This document shows positions 1 through 9,358 of a DNA stretch of 64,000 nt, one piece after another; the first letter of the stretch is position 1; every line of letters starts with the position of its first letter. The stretch lies in assembly GCA_965648905.1 (NCBI GenBank), contig CBFGIT010000001.1:64001-128000 (forward strand), read 5' to 3'. Origin of the DNA: a candidate division WOR-3 bacterium. Its GTDB lineage: Bacteria > Hydrothermota > Tepidihabitantia > Tepidihabitantales > Tepidihabitantaceae. A program made the translations under genes and the position numbers. The notes below the pieces were generated by a model that was not told the origin of the DNA, made no database searches, and was given only the letters and a program-made list of their open reading frames with translations.

Positions 1-1
1 C

Positions 2-913
2 ACGGTCCGGGGTTCAATTGAGGCGCTTGCAGCCAAGCCGCTCACCATTTTCTCCTGCTGCCCGACTGCCCCGCTCAAGTGGAGCGATGTTACTTCTCAG
101 AACCTGGTCGACTGCGCAACCTGCGGCATTCCGGTCGAGTTCATCTCGATGCCTTTGTCCGGGTTCATGGCTCCGGTCACGCTCGTGGGAACACTGGTAC
201 AGCACACGGCTGAGACCCTGAGCGGAGTAGTCATCAGTCAACTTGCCCGGCCGGGTACGCCGGTCCTCTATGGCGGCTCGCCGGCAATCTTCGACGTGCG
301 GCGCGAAACCACGCCGATGGGTGCAATCGAGACGATGATGACCGACTGCGCTTACTCGGAAATCGGCAAGCATCTTGGCCTGCCGACCCAGGCCTATATT
401 TCCTTGAGTGATGCCAAACTGCTCGATGCGCAGGCCGGACTTGAGACCGGGGTCGGCGCAATTCTCGCTGCCCTTTCTGGGATCAACAGCGTCTCCGGCC
501 CGGGTATGCTCGACTTCGAAAGCTGCCAGAGCCTTGAGAAGCTCGTGCTCGACAACGAAGTCTGCGGCATGGCTGTGCGTCTTGTGCAGGGCATCGAGCC
601 GAAGGACGACTTTCCAGCGCTGCCGCTCTTTGAGGAGCTGCTCAAAGAAGGTCATCTGCTCATCAGCCGCCATACCCGGCGCTGGCTCAAGACCGAGCAC
701 TTTTTCCCGGGTCCGGTTATTGATCGCGCCAACCACGGCCGCTGGCTTTCCGAGGGTGCTCTGACTCTGGCTGAGCGTGCCCGGCAGGAGAAAGAGCGTA
801 TCATCAGTCGCTGGCAGCCGACAAGACTGCCTGAGGATGTGAAGAGAGAGCTGACCCGTCTGATGAGTGCTGAAGCCCGTCGCTGCGGGATGGAGCGCCT
901 GCCCGCACTGTGA
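2..913 (+). CDS. mttB: Trimethylamine methyltransferase (MttB) superfamily protein, non-pyrrolysine type, 5'-truncated by window edge
   Basis: Frame is open from base 2 to TGA at 913. MttB-like motifs APVTLVG, PGTPVLYG, LSDAKLLDAQAGLE, GMLDFES, LEKLVLDNE. No in-frame TAG in the visible part. Confidence 0.85.
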   Translation, partial: TVRGSIEALAAKPLTIFSCCPTAPLKWSDVTSQNLVDCATCGIPVEFISMPLSGFMAPVTLVGTLVQHTAETLSGVVISQLARPGTPVLYGGSPAIFDVRRETTPMGAIETMMTDCAYSEIGKHLGLPTQAYISLSDAKLLDAQAGLETGVGAILAALSGINSVSGPGMLDFESCQSLEKLVLDNEVCGMAVRLVQGIEPKDDFPALPLFEELLKEGHLLISRHTRRWLKTEHFFPGPVIDRANHGRWLSEGALTLAERARQEKERIISRWQPTRLPEDVKRELTRLMSAEARRCGMERLPAL

Positions 914-1632
914 GAGCTATCTGCCGATTCGCTGCCACCGACTGCATTCCAGACCGGAGAGACGTGCTTTCAGCCGAAGGCATGGCTGGTTCGAGCCCGG
1001 CTTCAGCCGTGACCGAAGAGCTTCTTACCCGCGCCTTGGCCATGTTCAGCGCGAAGGCAACTCCGGTCGGTGTCTACGCCGACATCAGTATTCCAGAGTT
1101 CAGCGCGGTCTTTGCCGGCGAAGGTCAGAACGACCCTGAGGCGCCGCTTCGTAATATCTTCCCGAGAGCAGACAAGCTCGCCTTGTTTGCCTGTACGGTC
1201 GGCCCAGAGCTGAACCGGCAAATAGCTGACCTGTTCGAGCAGCACGAGTACGCGCTCGGGTATGTGCTTGACGCGGTTTCATCCTGCGGTACCGAGCGTC
1301 TTGCCGACCTGGTTCAGGCTGGCTGGGCGCGGGACATGAACGAATTGTCCGACAATTCGTATCGTGTCCCAAGCCCGCTGGTCGCCCTCGCCTACAGCCC
1401 GGGCTACTGCGGCTGGCACGTTTCTGCTCAGCGGCAGCTGTTCCGGTTTCTGAGGCCGGAGGAGATCGGCATCACCCTCAGGGAAAGCTGCCTGATGGAG
1501 CCGCTCAAGTCGGTTTCGGGCGTGTTCGTTCTTGGCCCGAGAGAGATTCACCAGTTCGACAACACTCTTGGTTTCTGCACCGAGTGTCGGTCTGCCACCT
1601 GTCGCGGCCGGCAGCAATCAGCAAAGGAGTAA
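910..1632 (+). CDS. Methionine synthase activation-domain-like protein
   Basis: LFACTVG, YSPGYCGW, IGITL...MEPLKSVSG and a C-terminal Cys cluster. GTGA overlap with mttB. Confidence 0.75.
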   Translation: MRAICRFAATDCIPDRRDVLSAEGMAGSSPASAVTEELLTRALAMFSAKATPVGVYADISIPEFSAVFAGEGQNDPEAPLRNIFPRADKLALFACTVGPELNRQIADLFEQHEYALGYVLDAVSSCGTERLADLVQAGWARDMNELSDNSYRVPSPLVALAYSPGYCGWHVSAQRQLFRFLRPEEIGITLRESCLMEPLKSVSGVFVLGPREIHQFDNTLGFCTECRSATCRGRQQSAKE

Positions 1633-1633
1633 G

Positions 1634-2269
1634 ATGGAACTACTAGCTCAACTTGGTCAGGCACTGGAGCAGGGCGATGAAGAACGCACTGCCGAACTTG
1701 CCCGGCAGGCGGTCGCAGCCGGCATCCCGGCCAAAGCAATACTCAACCAGGGGCTGATTGCGGGCATGAACAGCGTCGGCGTTCTGTTCCGCGACGGCGA
1801 GATATTCCTGCCTGACGTGCTGCTTGCGGCCCGGGCAATGTATGCCGGACTGGACGTAGTCAAACCTCTGCTCGTCGAACAGAAGGTCGAGCCGCTCGGC
1901 CGGGTTGTCATCGGCACGGTTCAGGGCGACCTGCACGACATCGGCAAGAACCTGGTCGGCATCATGCTGCGGGGCGCCGGGTTCGAAGTCATCGACCTGG
2001 GCAACGACGTTGCACCCGAGCGGTTTGTCGACACGGCGGAAAAAGAAGGCGCACGGGTCATCGGCCTCTCGGCTTTGCTGACGACCACGATGCCGGTGAT
2101 GAAAAAGGTATGCGACCTGGTGACGCAGCGCAACCTGCACGACCGCATCAAGGTCATCATCGGCGGCGCACCGGTGACCGAGGAGTATGCCCGACAGATA
2201 CAGGCTGATGCCTACGGCTTTGACGCCGCAGCCGCAGTCGATCGGGTCAAACAGCTCATGGGGACATGA
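1634..2269 (+). CDS. Corrinoid (cobalamin-binding) protein, MtbC/MttC family
   Basis: B12-binding motif GDLHDIGKNLV plus SALLTTT and IIGGAP. AAGGAG RBS before ATG 1634. Confidence 0.92.
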   Translation: MELLAQLGQALEQGDEERTAELARQAVAAGIPAKAILNQGLIAGMNSVGVLFRDGEIFLPDVLLAARAMYAGLDVVKPLLVEQKVEPLGRVVIGTVQGDLHDIGKNLVGIMLRGAGFEVIDLGNDVAPERFVDTAEKEGARVIGLSALLTTTMPVMKKVCDLVTQRNLHDRIKVIIGGAPVTEEYARQIQADAYGFDAAAAVDRVKQLMGT

Positions 2270-2303
2270 CCAAATCTCGCCTGGGAGATTCGGATCGTGT
2301 CCC
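2261..2303. repeat. REP-like palindrome, copy 1 (GGGACA...TGTCCC)
   Basis: Imperfect inverted repeat GGGACATGACCAAATCTC-gcctgg-GAGATTCGGATCGTGTCCC. Related copies at 3023-3065 and 58516-58555. Confidence 0.8.
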
Positions 2304-3222
2304 CGGACCGCTGCTTGCTGACGGCGCGCTCGGTTCGTTGCTGATGGAGCGCGGACTTGCGCCTGGTGAGCCGCCTGAGACGTTTTGCCTTTTTCGACCG
2401 GACGTGCTGACCGAAATCGTGCGCCAGTACGCTGCCGCTGGTGCTAAGGTGTTCCAGGCCAACACGTTTGGTGCTTCGCCCTTGAAGCTCGCCCGTCACG
2501 GACTCGAATCCCGCTGCGAAGAAATCAACCAGACAGCGGTTCGTATCGTGCGCGAAGCAGTAGCCGGCAAAGGTCTTGTCTGGGCCTCAGTGGGCCCGAG
2601 CGGTTGCCTGCTTAAGCCATACGGTGACACCGACCCGGAGCGTGTCTGCAGGAGCTTTCTTGCACAGGCGCAGGCACTGGCTCGGGCCCGGCCTGATATC
2701 GTCGCGGTCGAGACCATGACCGACCTTGCCGAAGCAGTACTGGCAGTCAGGGCAGTGCGCACAGCCATGCCGGCGGTGCAACTGGCAGCAACCATGGTCT
2801 TTGACAAGCGCAGGCGAGGCTTCTTCACGGTCATGGGCAACACGATTGCGGACTGTGTGCAGGCACTGGCTGACGCTGGTGCGAACATGGTCGGCTCCAA
2901 CTGCGGCAACGGTATCGAGACCATGGTACAAATCGCCCGCGAGTTCAGGCAGGTGACCAGCCTGCCGCTTGTAATTCGCCCGAACGCCGGCCTGCCCCAG
3001 GTCACTGCTGGCAGGGACACGGGAGACATGCCCGAATCTCGCCCGGGAGATTCGGATCGTGTCCCCGGAACGCACAAGGTGACGTATCCTGAGACACCGG
3101 AATTCATGGCTGCGCACCTGCCGGAGCTGCTCGAACAGGGCCTGGCGATTGTCGGCGGCTGCTGCGGCACAACACCAGACCACATCCGTGCGTTCCGCGC
3201 CGTGCTCACGGGAATGTCCTGA
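2266..3222 (+). CDS. Homocysteine S-methyltransferase family protein
   Basis: DGALGS, NTFGAS, GSNC, PNAGLP and GGCCGTTPDHI (Zn ligands). Carries REP-derived peptides. Confidence 0.9.
   Translation: MTKSRLGDSDRVPGPLLADGALGSLLMERGLAPGEPPETFCLFRPDVLTEIVRQYAAAGAKVFQANTFGASPLKLARHGLESRCEEINQTAVRIVREAVAGKGLVWASVGPSGCLLKPYGDTDPERVCRSFLAQAQALARARPDIVAVETMTDLAEAVLAVRAVRTAMPAVQLAATMVFDKRRRGFFTVMGNTIADCVQALADAGANMVGSNCGNGIETMVQIAREFRQVTSLPLVIRPNAGLPQVTAGRDTGDMPESRPGDSDRVPGTHKVTYPETPEFMAAHLPELLEQGLAIVGGCCGTTPDHIRAFRAVLTGMS
3023..3065. repeat. REP-like palindrome, copy 2, inside CDS
   Basis: GAGACATGCCCGAATCTCGCCCGGGAGATTCGGATCGTGTCCC is near-identical to 2261-2303. Confidence 0.8.
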
Positions 3223-3256
3223 CTGCGGCTGCGGTATATCGCCGCGGAGGTAGTCA

Positions 3257-5605
3257 ATGCTCATACTGAAAAAACTCGTGCCCGTGCTCGGCCTGTTCCT
3301 GGGCAATCTGGCCCTGGCCCAGTTGACCGAACTGTCAGAAGAAGACAAGACCCTGTCGCCCTATTTCTTTGTCCAGAGCGACGACCCGTCAGTTGACCGA
3401 CTGCCGCTGCTCAAGACCGAAGCGACAGTTGACATCGCCGGCGTCATCGCCGATGTGAAAGTCACCCAGGTTTACAAGAACGACGGCAAGCGGCCGATTG
3501 AGGCAGTTTACACGTTCCCGGCCTCGACCCGCGCCGCAGTCTACGCCATGAAGATGACCATCGGTGACCGGACCATTGTTGCCCGGATCAAGGAACGTGA
3601 TGAGGCCCGCCTCGACTACGAAGCGGCCAGACAGCAGGGCAAGAGCGCCTCGCTCTTAGAGCAGCAGCGGCCCAACGTGTTCCAGATGAACGTGGCGAAT
3701 ATCATGCCCGGCGACTACATCAAAGTCGAGATGAGTTATACTGAGCTGCTCGTGCCTGTCTCCGGCGTGTATGAGTTTGTCTACCCGACCGTGGTTGGCC
3801 CGCGCTACAACGGCAAGGCCGGGTCCGAGTCGCACAAGCCAGAGCAGTGGGTCAAGAGTCCCTACACCCGCGAGGGCGACGCACCGAGCTACGAGTTCGG
3901 CCTGACGGTCAATATCGTGGCCGGGATGCCACTACAGGACGTCTCCTGCCCGACCCATAAGACAATGATTGCTTTCAACGGCTTGAATGAGGCGAGCGTG
4001 CGGCTCGACCCGTCAGAGAAAGCCGGCGGCAACCGCGACTTCATCCTGCGCTACCGACTCGCCAGCAGCGGAATCCAGACCGGCCTCTTGCTCTACCCGG
4101 GCAAGGACGAGCAGTTCTTCCTCCTTATGCTGCAGCCGCCCAAAAGGGTTGAGGTCAGCCAGATTCCAGCGCGCGAGTACATCTTCATACTCGACGTGTC
4201 CGGCTCGATGCACGGGTTCCCTTTAGACATCTCCAAGAAGCTGATGCGGAACCTGCTCTCCAACCTGCGGCCCAAAGACTGCTTCAACATCCTGTTCTTC
4301 TCCGGCGGCAACTTCGCACTTTCGGAAAAGTCGCTGCCTGCGACCGAGAAGAACGTTGCGGATGCGCTTGCGACAATCGAAAAGCAGCGGGGCAGCGGCG
4401 GAACTGAACTCTTGCCCGCGCTCAGGCACGCGCTGGCGCTGCCGCGTACTGAAGGCGCGTCGCGCACCGTGGTCATTGCCACCGACGGCTACGTGACGGT
4501 CGAAACCGAGGCGTTCGACCTGATTCGGGACAATCTGGACAAGGCCAACCTGTTTGCTTTCGGCATCGGCTCCAGCGTCAACCGGTACATCATCGAAGGC
4601 ATGGCCCATGTCGGAATGGGCGAGCCATTCATCATCGACAAGCCGGAACGAGCCGAGGCCCAGGCCGAGAAGTTCCGAGCGTACATCGAAACTCCGGTGC
4701 TCACCGGTATCGACATCGACTTCCCCGGATTCGACGCCTATGACGTCGAGCCGAAGACTGTTCCGGACGTGACTGCGGACCGGCCCATCATCGTCTTCGG
4801 CAAGTACCGCGGCAGAGCCTCGGGTGCAATTACGGTACGCGGCTGGGCTGGCAAGGGCGGATACTCTGAGGCCGTCAAAGTCACTGACTTCCCGCCGGAC
4901 AAGAGGAACGCGGCCTTGCGCTACCTCTGGGCGCGACACCGGATTCAGCTTCTTGCTGACTACAACAACCTCGACGAGGACAAAGAGCGGGCCAAGGAAG
5001 TCACCAGGCTTGGCCTTGAGTACAACCTGCTGACCCGATACACCTCGTTTGTTGCCATTGACCAGCAGGTGCGTAATGTCGGCGGTAGACCAGAAGTTGT
5101 GGAGCAGCCGCTGCCCATGCCCGAAGGCGTATCCGACTATGCAGTCAGTGGCCGTGGGGTTGCCGGGTACTCTGGTTTGTACAAAGTCGGACGTCCATTT
5201 CTCGGTTCCACCAGTGCGCCGACCAGTGGTGGAGCGCTCATGCCCGAACCTGAAGCCGCATCCCAGTCCCCGGTGCTGCGTGGTACAGTCCGGCTTGTCA
5301 AGCTCGAGGCAATTGGCGGTCGGTCCGAGCAGTCGGTCAAAGGCGTCATCGAGAAGAAGCTTGCGGACATCCGGGCCGCATACGTACAGGAGCTTGCGAC
5401 CGACCCAACGCTCGCGGGCAGGCTCGCGCTTGAGTTCACCATCGGGCCTGACGGCACGGTACGCGAAGCCAGGGCGGTGCGCAACGAACTGAGCCCCGGA
5501 CTTGAGCGCAAGGTGCTCGAACTCGTGAGAAGCCTTCGCTTCCAGAAGTTTCAGGGCCGCACTACAACCGTATCGCTGGCCCTTGATCTAAGGCCATGGC
5601 CATGA
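3257..5605 (+). CDS. Secreted VIT + vWA domain protein with C-terminal TonB-C/AgmX-like domain
   Basis: Signal peptide, VIT-like EAVYTFP, MIDAS DVSGSM and TDG, C-terminal GRLALEFTIGPDGTV. Confidence 0.85.
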   Translation: MLILKKLVPVLGLFLGNLALAQLTELSEEDKTLSPYFFVQSDDPSVDRLPLLKTEATVDIAGVIADVKVTQVYKNDGKRPIEAVYTFPASTRAAVYAMKMTIGDRTIVARIKERDEARLDYEAARQQGKSASLLEQQRPNVFQMNVANIMPGDYIKVEMSYTELLVPVSGVYEFVYPTVVGPRYNGKAGSESHKPEQWVKSPYTREGDAPSYEFGLTVNIVAGMPLQDVSCPTHKTMIAFNGLNEASVRLDPSEKAGGNRDFILRYRLASSGIQTGLLLYPGKDEQFFLLMLQPPKRVEVSQIPAREYIFILDVSGSMHGFPLDISKKLMRNLLSNLRPKDCFNILFFSGGNFALSEKSLPATEKNVADALATIEKQRGSGGTELLPALRHALALPRTEGASRTVVIATDGYVTVETEAFDLIRDNLDKANLFAFGIGSSVNRYIIEGMAHVGMGEPFIIDKPERAEAQAEKFRAYIETPVLTGIDIDFPGFDAYDVEPKTVPDVTADRPIIVFGKYRGRASGAITVRGWAGKGGYSEAVKVTDFPPDKRNAALRYLWARHRIQLLADYNNLDEDKERAKEVTRLGLEYNLLTRYTSFVAIDQQVRNVGGRPEVVEQPLPMPEGVSDYAVSGRGVAGYSGLYKVGRPFLGSTSAPTSGGALMPEPEAASQSPVLRGTVRLVKLEAIGGRSEQSVKGVIEKKLADIRAAYVQELATDPTLAGRLALEFTIGPDGTVREARAVRNELSPGLERKVLELVRSLRFQKFQGRTTTVSLALDLRPWP

Positions 5606-6144
5606 ACGGACCAGACACAAACGACCTGATTGTCGGGTTCTACTCAGGCGCGTGCCCTGATCATGCTGGCCGCACATTGGACCAGATTCTGGGCTGGGAC
5701 GATGAACGCCTGGAAGAAGTCCACGACTACATCCAGTGGCTCTTTCCCATGGAACAGCCCAGCCCGGTCAACCCATCTGCTCCAGTGGTTCGGGAGGGGA
5801 CCCGGCGTGCGTTCAAAACAAGCCCGCTCCTGCGCGACAACCTGTGTCGCGCCTGTGCGCGGATGCTTGCCTTCTACGGTCTTGAGTGCGACCACGATGC
5901 TCTGAGTCCAGATGTCGTGCCCGGAGAAGACTTCGCCGACAAGTCGGGCCACTGGATGCATCCCGGTAACCACAATCTGCTCCGGCTTACAAGGATTCTG
6001 ACCAGTCTGCGCCTGCTCGGCCGAAGTCAGTGCTCAAAGAGCATCCATGCATGCTTGTCCCGACTCGCTGCCGAACACCCCACGCGCATCCCGACTATGA
6101 CCTTGCGCTTCTGGGATAGCACCCAGTCAGCGCCCGAGCCGTAA
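5602..6144 (+). CDS. Opioid growth factor receptor (OGFr) conserved-domain protein
   Basis: LEEVHDYIQWLFP, RMLAFYG, NHNLLRLTRILTSLRLLG. Confidence 0.8.
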   Translation: MNGPDTNDLIVGFYSGACPDHAGRTLDQILGWDDERLEEVHDYIQWLFPMEQPSPVNPSAPVVREGTRRAFKTSPLLRDNLCRACARMLAFYGLECDHDALSPDVVPGEDFADKSGHWMHPGNHNLLRLTRILTSLRLLGRSQCSKSIHACLSRLAAEHPTRIPTMTLRFWDSTQSAPEP

Positions 6145-6177
6145 GCTCCGGGTGACCCGGCGCGGTCTAGACCAAGA

Positions 6178-8028
6178 CTACAGCTTGACCAGCGTTACCG
6201 GACCTGGGCGAGCTGCTGAATCGACGCGGCGCACAACATAGGTGCCGGCAGGAAGTTCACTCAGGTCCAGCTCGATGCTGACGTCAGTTCCAGAACAGCC
6301 TACTGCCATGAGGAGCTGGCCGGCTATGTCGTAGATACCGAATGTCTTGCGGCCTGGCCCGGTCACGCGCAACAGAGCGCGCGACCCAGTGACCGGGTTG
6401 GGCCAAAGCGATAGCCGCTCCGGCCGAGTCGGGGCAGCCGGTGCTTCCACGCCGGGCACCGGACCAGCAATAACCAGCTTGCCATAAGCCGATGACGCAA
6501 GCAGGGAGTCTCCAGACAGCTCGGTCCGCCACCAGCCCGGCCAGGTACTGTCGCCGAGCATGCCGAGGAAAGCAACTCCAACCGTATCGCCGGTCGGGTC
6601 AATGTCCAGCTTGTACGGCAAAGTGCCGACGGGAACCGCGGCCTCGAACACAAGGCTTCCACCCGCCACGCTCACCGCAGCCTGTGAGCCCGCGACCGGC
6701 GAAGGCGGCCCCATGACACCGGCGCGGACATAGCGGTACAGGAGCTGGCTGACGCCCTGCTCGTTCACCAAGGCAAAGTAAGCGCCCTCGCTCATGTCAG
6801 CCGGCCACCGGCCGTCGTTGTTCTCATCGCAGAGCAGGACCACCTGGTCGAACGTGTCACGCCGATGCACTGCTGGCATCTCCGCGGCGATGTAGAGGTA
6901 AGCCGAATCGTGCACGGACCAGCCGCGGACACTGCCAGCCGGGAACGAAAGTCCGTAGACACCGCCGACATTGGAGGCGTCAAAGAAAGCTGCCTGGTCC
7001 CATTCATCCGGCATGAGCACGCCGTCAATCAACGGCGCCGGGCCCGCCGAGAATGAGGAACCGATAGTATCGGTCGAGACCATCAAGTGGGTTCGCATCG
7101 TGTCGTTACCCGGAACCTGGTCGCCAGGCAAACTGGTGAAGCACTCGACCTTGTATCCGGACCAGAGCTCGGCATTGGGAGTCCATGTGCCGGTGCACGT
7201 GACCACGGCCGAGTCAGAAGGCGCAATCGAGCCCAGGACCAGGTTCTCGCTGAATATCCGGTTGCCGGCTGAGTCGATGCGTACCGTTACCGGCACGTTG
7301 GTCTGGGCCGCAGTGCCGAGGTTCGCCACCAGGCAGCTCGGCGTAACCGGAATGCTGCTGTGGAGCCGACCGCCTGCAGGTGCGATGATGCGGCTGACGG
7401 CAACGTCGTTGGCCGGACGGGACAGAATGATGTCGTCGGCGAAGACCTTCGCCCAGGGCGTCCCTCAGCCGCCGCTGGTCCAGGCGTACAGCGCGACCCC
7501 GACCTTGCGCACCCGTGCACGGCTGACTCCGCGCAGATTCTGCGCCAGCTCGTCAGCCAGATTCATCTCGTACTGCTGCCAGCCCGGATTGGTCACTTCA
7601 ATCAGATGGAAGGTATCGGACGGGGCCCACGTGCAGTACTGGTTGTGGTAGTAGAAGTAGGTTTCACCCAGGACCGCGCCGGAAGAGTCAAGAAAACTGA
7701 CCATGATGCTTGCGACCGGCCAGCACGTGGACGAACCGCCACCCAGTTCGAATGCTGCCCAGAACGACAGGTCCATGGACAAAGTCGTGACCGGCACGAC
7801 CTGACGCAGAGCCAACCAGCCTGGCCCGGCGTAAAGGTAGCCTTGAGCTTCGTAGTCCGGGTCAGGATGGTAGGTGACGTCGCGGCCGAACGTGACCGTG
7901 CCGCTGCCGCCCTGTTCCTGATTCCAGCCCACGGTCAACTCCTGCTCAAAGTCACCGTTGGTGAGCAGATTCTGGGCTGGGGTCAGGCCCAGAGCGAGCA
8001 ACGAGCAGACGATTACTCGGGCAATCAT
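6178..8028 (-). CDS. Secreted multidomain protein with C-terminal sorting-like domain; putative selenoprotein (in-frame TGA 7465-7467)
   Basis: ORFs 7465..8028 and 6178..7329 share a frame, joined by 45 stop-free codons (TSGG*GTPWAKVFADDIILSRPANDVAV...). Signal peptide, NLLTNGDFE, CTD (WPNP...YDIAG...LPAGTY). Hairpin 11 nt after the TGA. Confidence 0.72.
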
Positions 8029-8052
8029 AGAACCTCCAGTAGCATCTCTAGG

Positions 8053-8080
8053 ACTCTATGCCGGTCCGGTCGGAAGTCAA
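8053..8080 (-). promoter_or_regulatory. Sigma70-like promoter
   Basis: TTGACT-16 nt-TAGAGT upstream of GGAGG RBS and ATG 8028. Confidence 0.5.
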
Positions 8081-8091
8081 CTGCGGAAGGT

Positions 8092-8670
8092 CTACTTCTT
8101 CTGGCTTCCTCGACCCGGTGCTTCGAGCGGTACGCCGCTCCGGCACAAGGGACACCGAGCCGGCTCAAAGGTCGCGACCGGCTGCCGATACGCGGCAAAG
8201 AACGGTACGCCGAAATCTACGCCCGTACTCCGGTCAATGTACACGCCGACGCCTGCGATATTGGTCGGGAACGACTGAAGCGCTTCCATGGTCTCCCTGA
8301 TTGACCCGCCTGTGGTCATGACATCATCAACCACGAGCACACGGTCGTGCGGCCCGACCTCGAACCCACGGCCAATCCTGCGGCCGGTCTCAGCCTTTTC
8401 CGCAATAATCGAGCGGCAGCCAAGCTGACGGGCGACTTCGTAGGCGATGATGATGCCGCCGGTGGTCGGCCCGCAGACCACGGTGATGCCTGAGGCGCGG
8501 AAGTGCTCGGCGACCGAGCGGGCAAACTGCTCGCACACCGGCGGGTGCTCGAGAATCCGGAACTTCTCGAAGTACTTGTCCGAATGCCGACCCGAGGTCA
8601 GAAGAAAGTGACCCTCGCGCAGCACGCCATACCGCTTCATCGCCTCAATGAGTGCGTCACTCACCTGCAC
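8092..8670 (-). CDS. pyrE: Orotate phosphoribosyltransferase
   Basis: GHFLLTSGRHS, PRPP motif VLVVDDVMTTGGS, pyr operon context. Confidence 0.93.
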   Translation of the reverse strand: MQVSDALIEAMKRYGVLREGHFLLTSGRHSDKYFEKFRILEHPPVCEQFARSVAEHFRASGITVVCGPTTGGIIIAYEVARQLGCRSIIAEKAETGRRIGRGFEVGPHDRVLVVDDVMTTGGSIRETMEALQSFPTNIAGVGVYIDRSTGVDFGVPFFAAYRQPVATFEPARCPLCRSGVPLEAPGRGSQKK

Positions 8671-9358
8671 CTCCGAGTTGTGCTCGAATCTCAGCCACTG
8701 CCTTGAGCGGGTCAGGCGCGTCGTAGACTGGTCGGCCCACGACGATATAGTCGGCTCCGGCCCGGGTTGCCTGGGCCGGAGTCATGGTCCGCGCTTGGTC
8801 GTCCTTGCCGCCACCAAGCCTGATGCCCGGGGTGACAATCTTGAAGCCCGGCCCACACGCGTCGCGTACCACGCCAATCTCATGCGGCGAGCAAACCGCA
8901 CCGTCACAGCCTGACTCGTAGGCCAGCCGCGCCAGCGCCCGCACCCGCTCTTCAACCGACTGCCGACAGCCGGTTACCTGTTCAAGCTCATTTGCGTCAA
9001 GGCTCGTGAGCACGGTCACGCCCAGAATCAGGGGTCGCTTGTCGCCAAACTCGGCTGATGCTCGTGCCGCCTCAGCCATCATCTTCGCACCACCAAAGGC
9101 ATGGACAGTCAGCAGTCGCACGCCCATCTCACCCGCAGCCCGGACTGCGCTGCCGACCACGGACGGAATGTCGTGGAACTTCAGGTCAAGGAACACCTCG
9201 ACCCCGGTGGCTGCGAACTTCCTGATGAACTCGGGCCCGCCCCGGCCGAAAAGGTCCATCTGCAGTTTGTAGCAGTCAACGCTCCGGCCAAGTCGGCGTA
9301 GCCATTCGAGAGCCTTGTCAGTGTCAGCAAGGTTCAGAGCCAGTGCCAGCTTGGTCAT
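8657..9358 (-). CDS. pyrF: Orotidine-5'-phosphate decarboxylase
   Basis: FLDLKFHDIP, VTVLTS, TPGIR, VVGRP. Start moved to ATG 9358, coupled to the pyrD stop. Confidence 0.95.
   Translation of the reverse strand: MTKLALALNLADTDKALEWLRRLGRSVDCYKLQMDLFGRGGPEFIRKFAATGVEVFLDLKFHDIPSVVGSAVRAAGEMGVRLLTVHAFGGAKMMAEAARASAEFGDKRPLILGVTVLTSLDANELEQVTGCRQSVEERVRALARLAYESGCDGAVCSPHEIGVVRDACGPGFKIVTPGIRLGGGKDDQARTMTPAQATRAGADYIVVGRPVYDAPDPLKAVAEIRAQLGGAGE

Noticed and set aside
2..913. Pyrrolysine-containing MttB
   Set aside because: No in-frame TAG in the visible part, and the Pyl-equivalent region reads SLSDAK.
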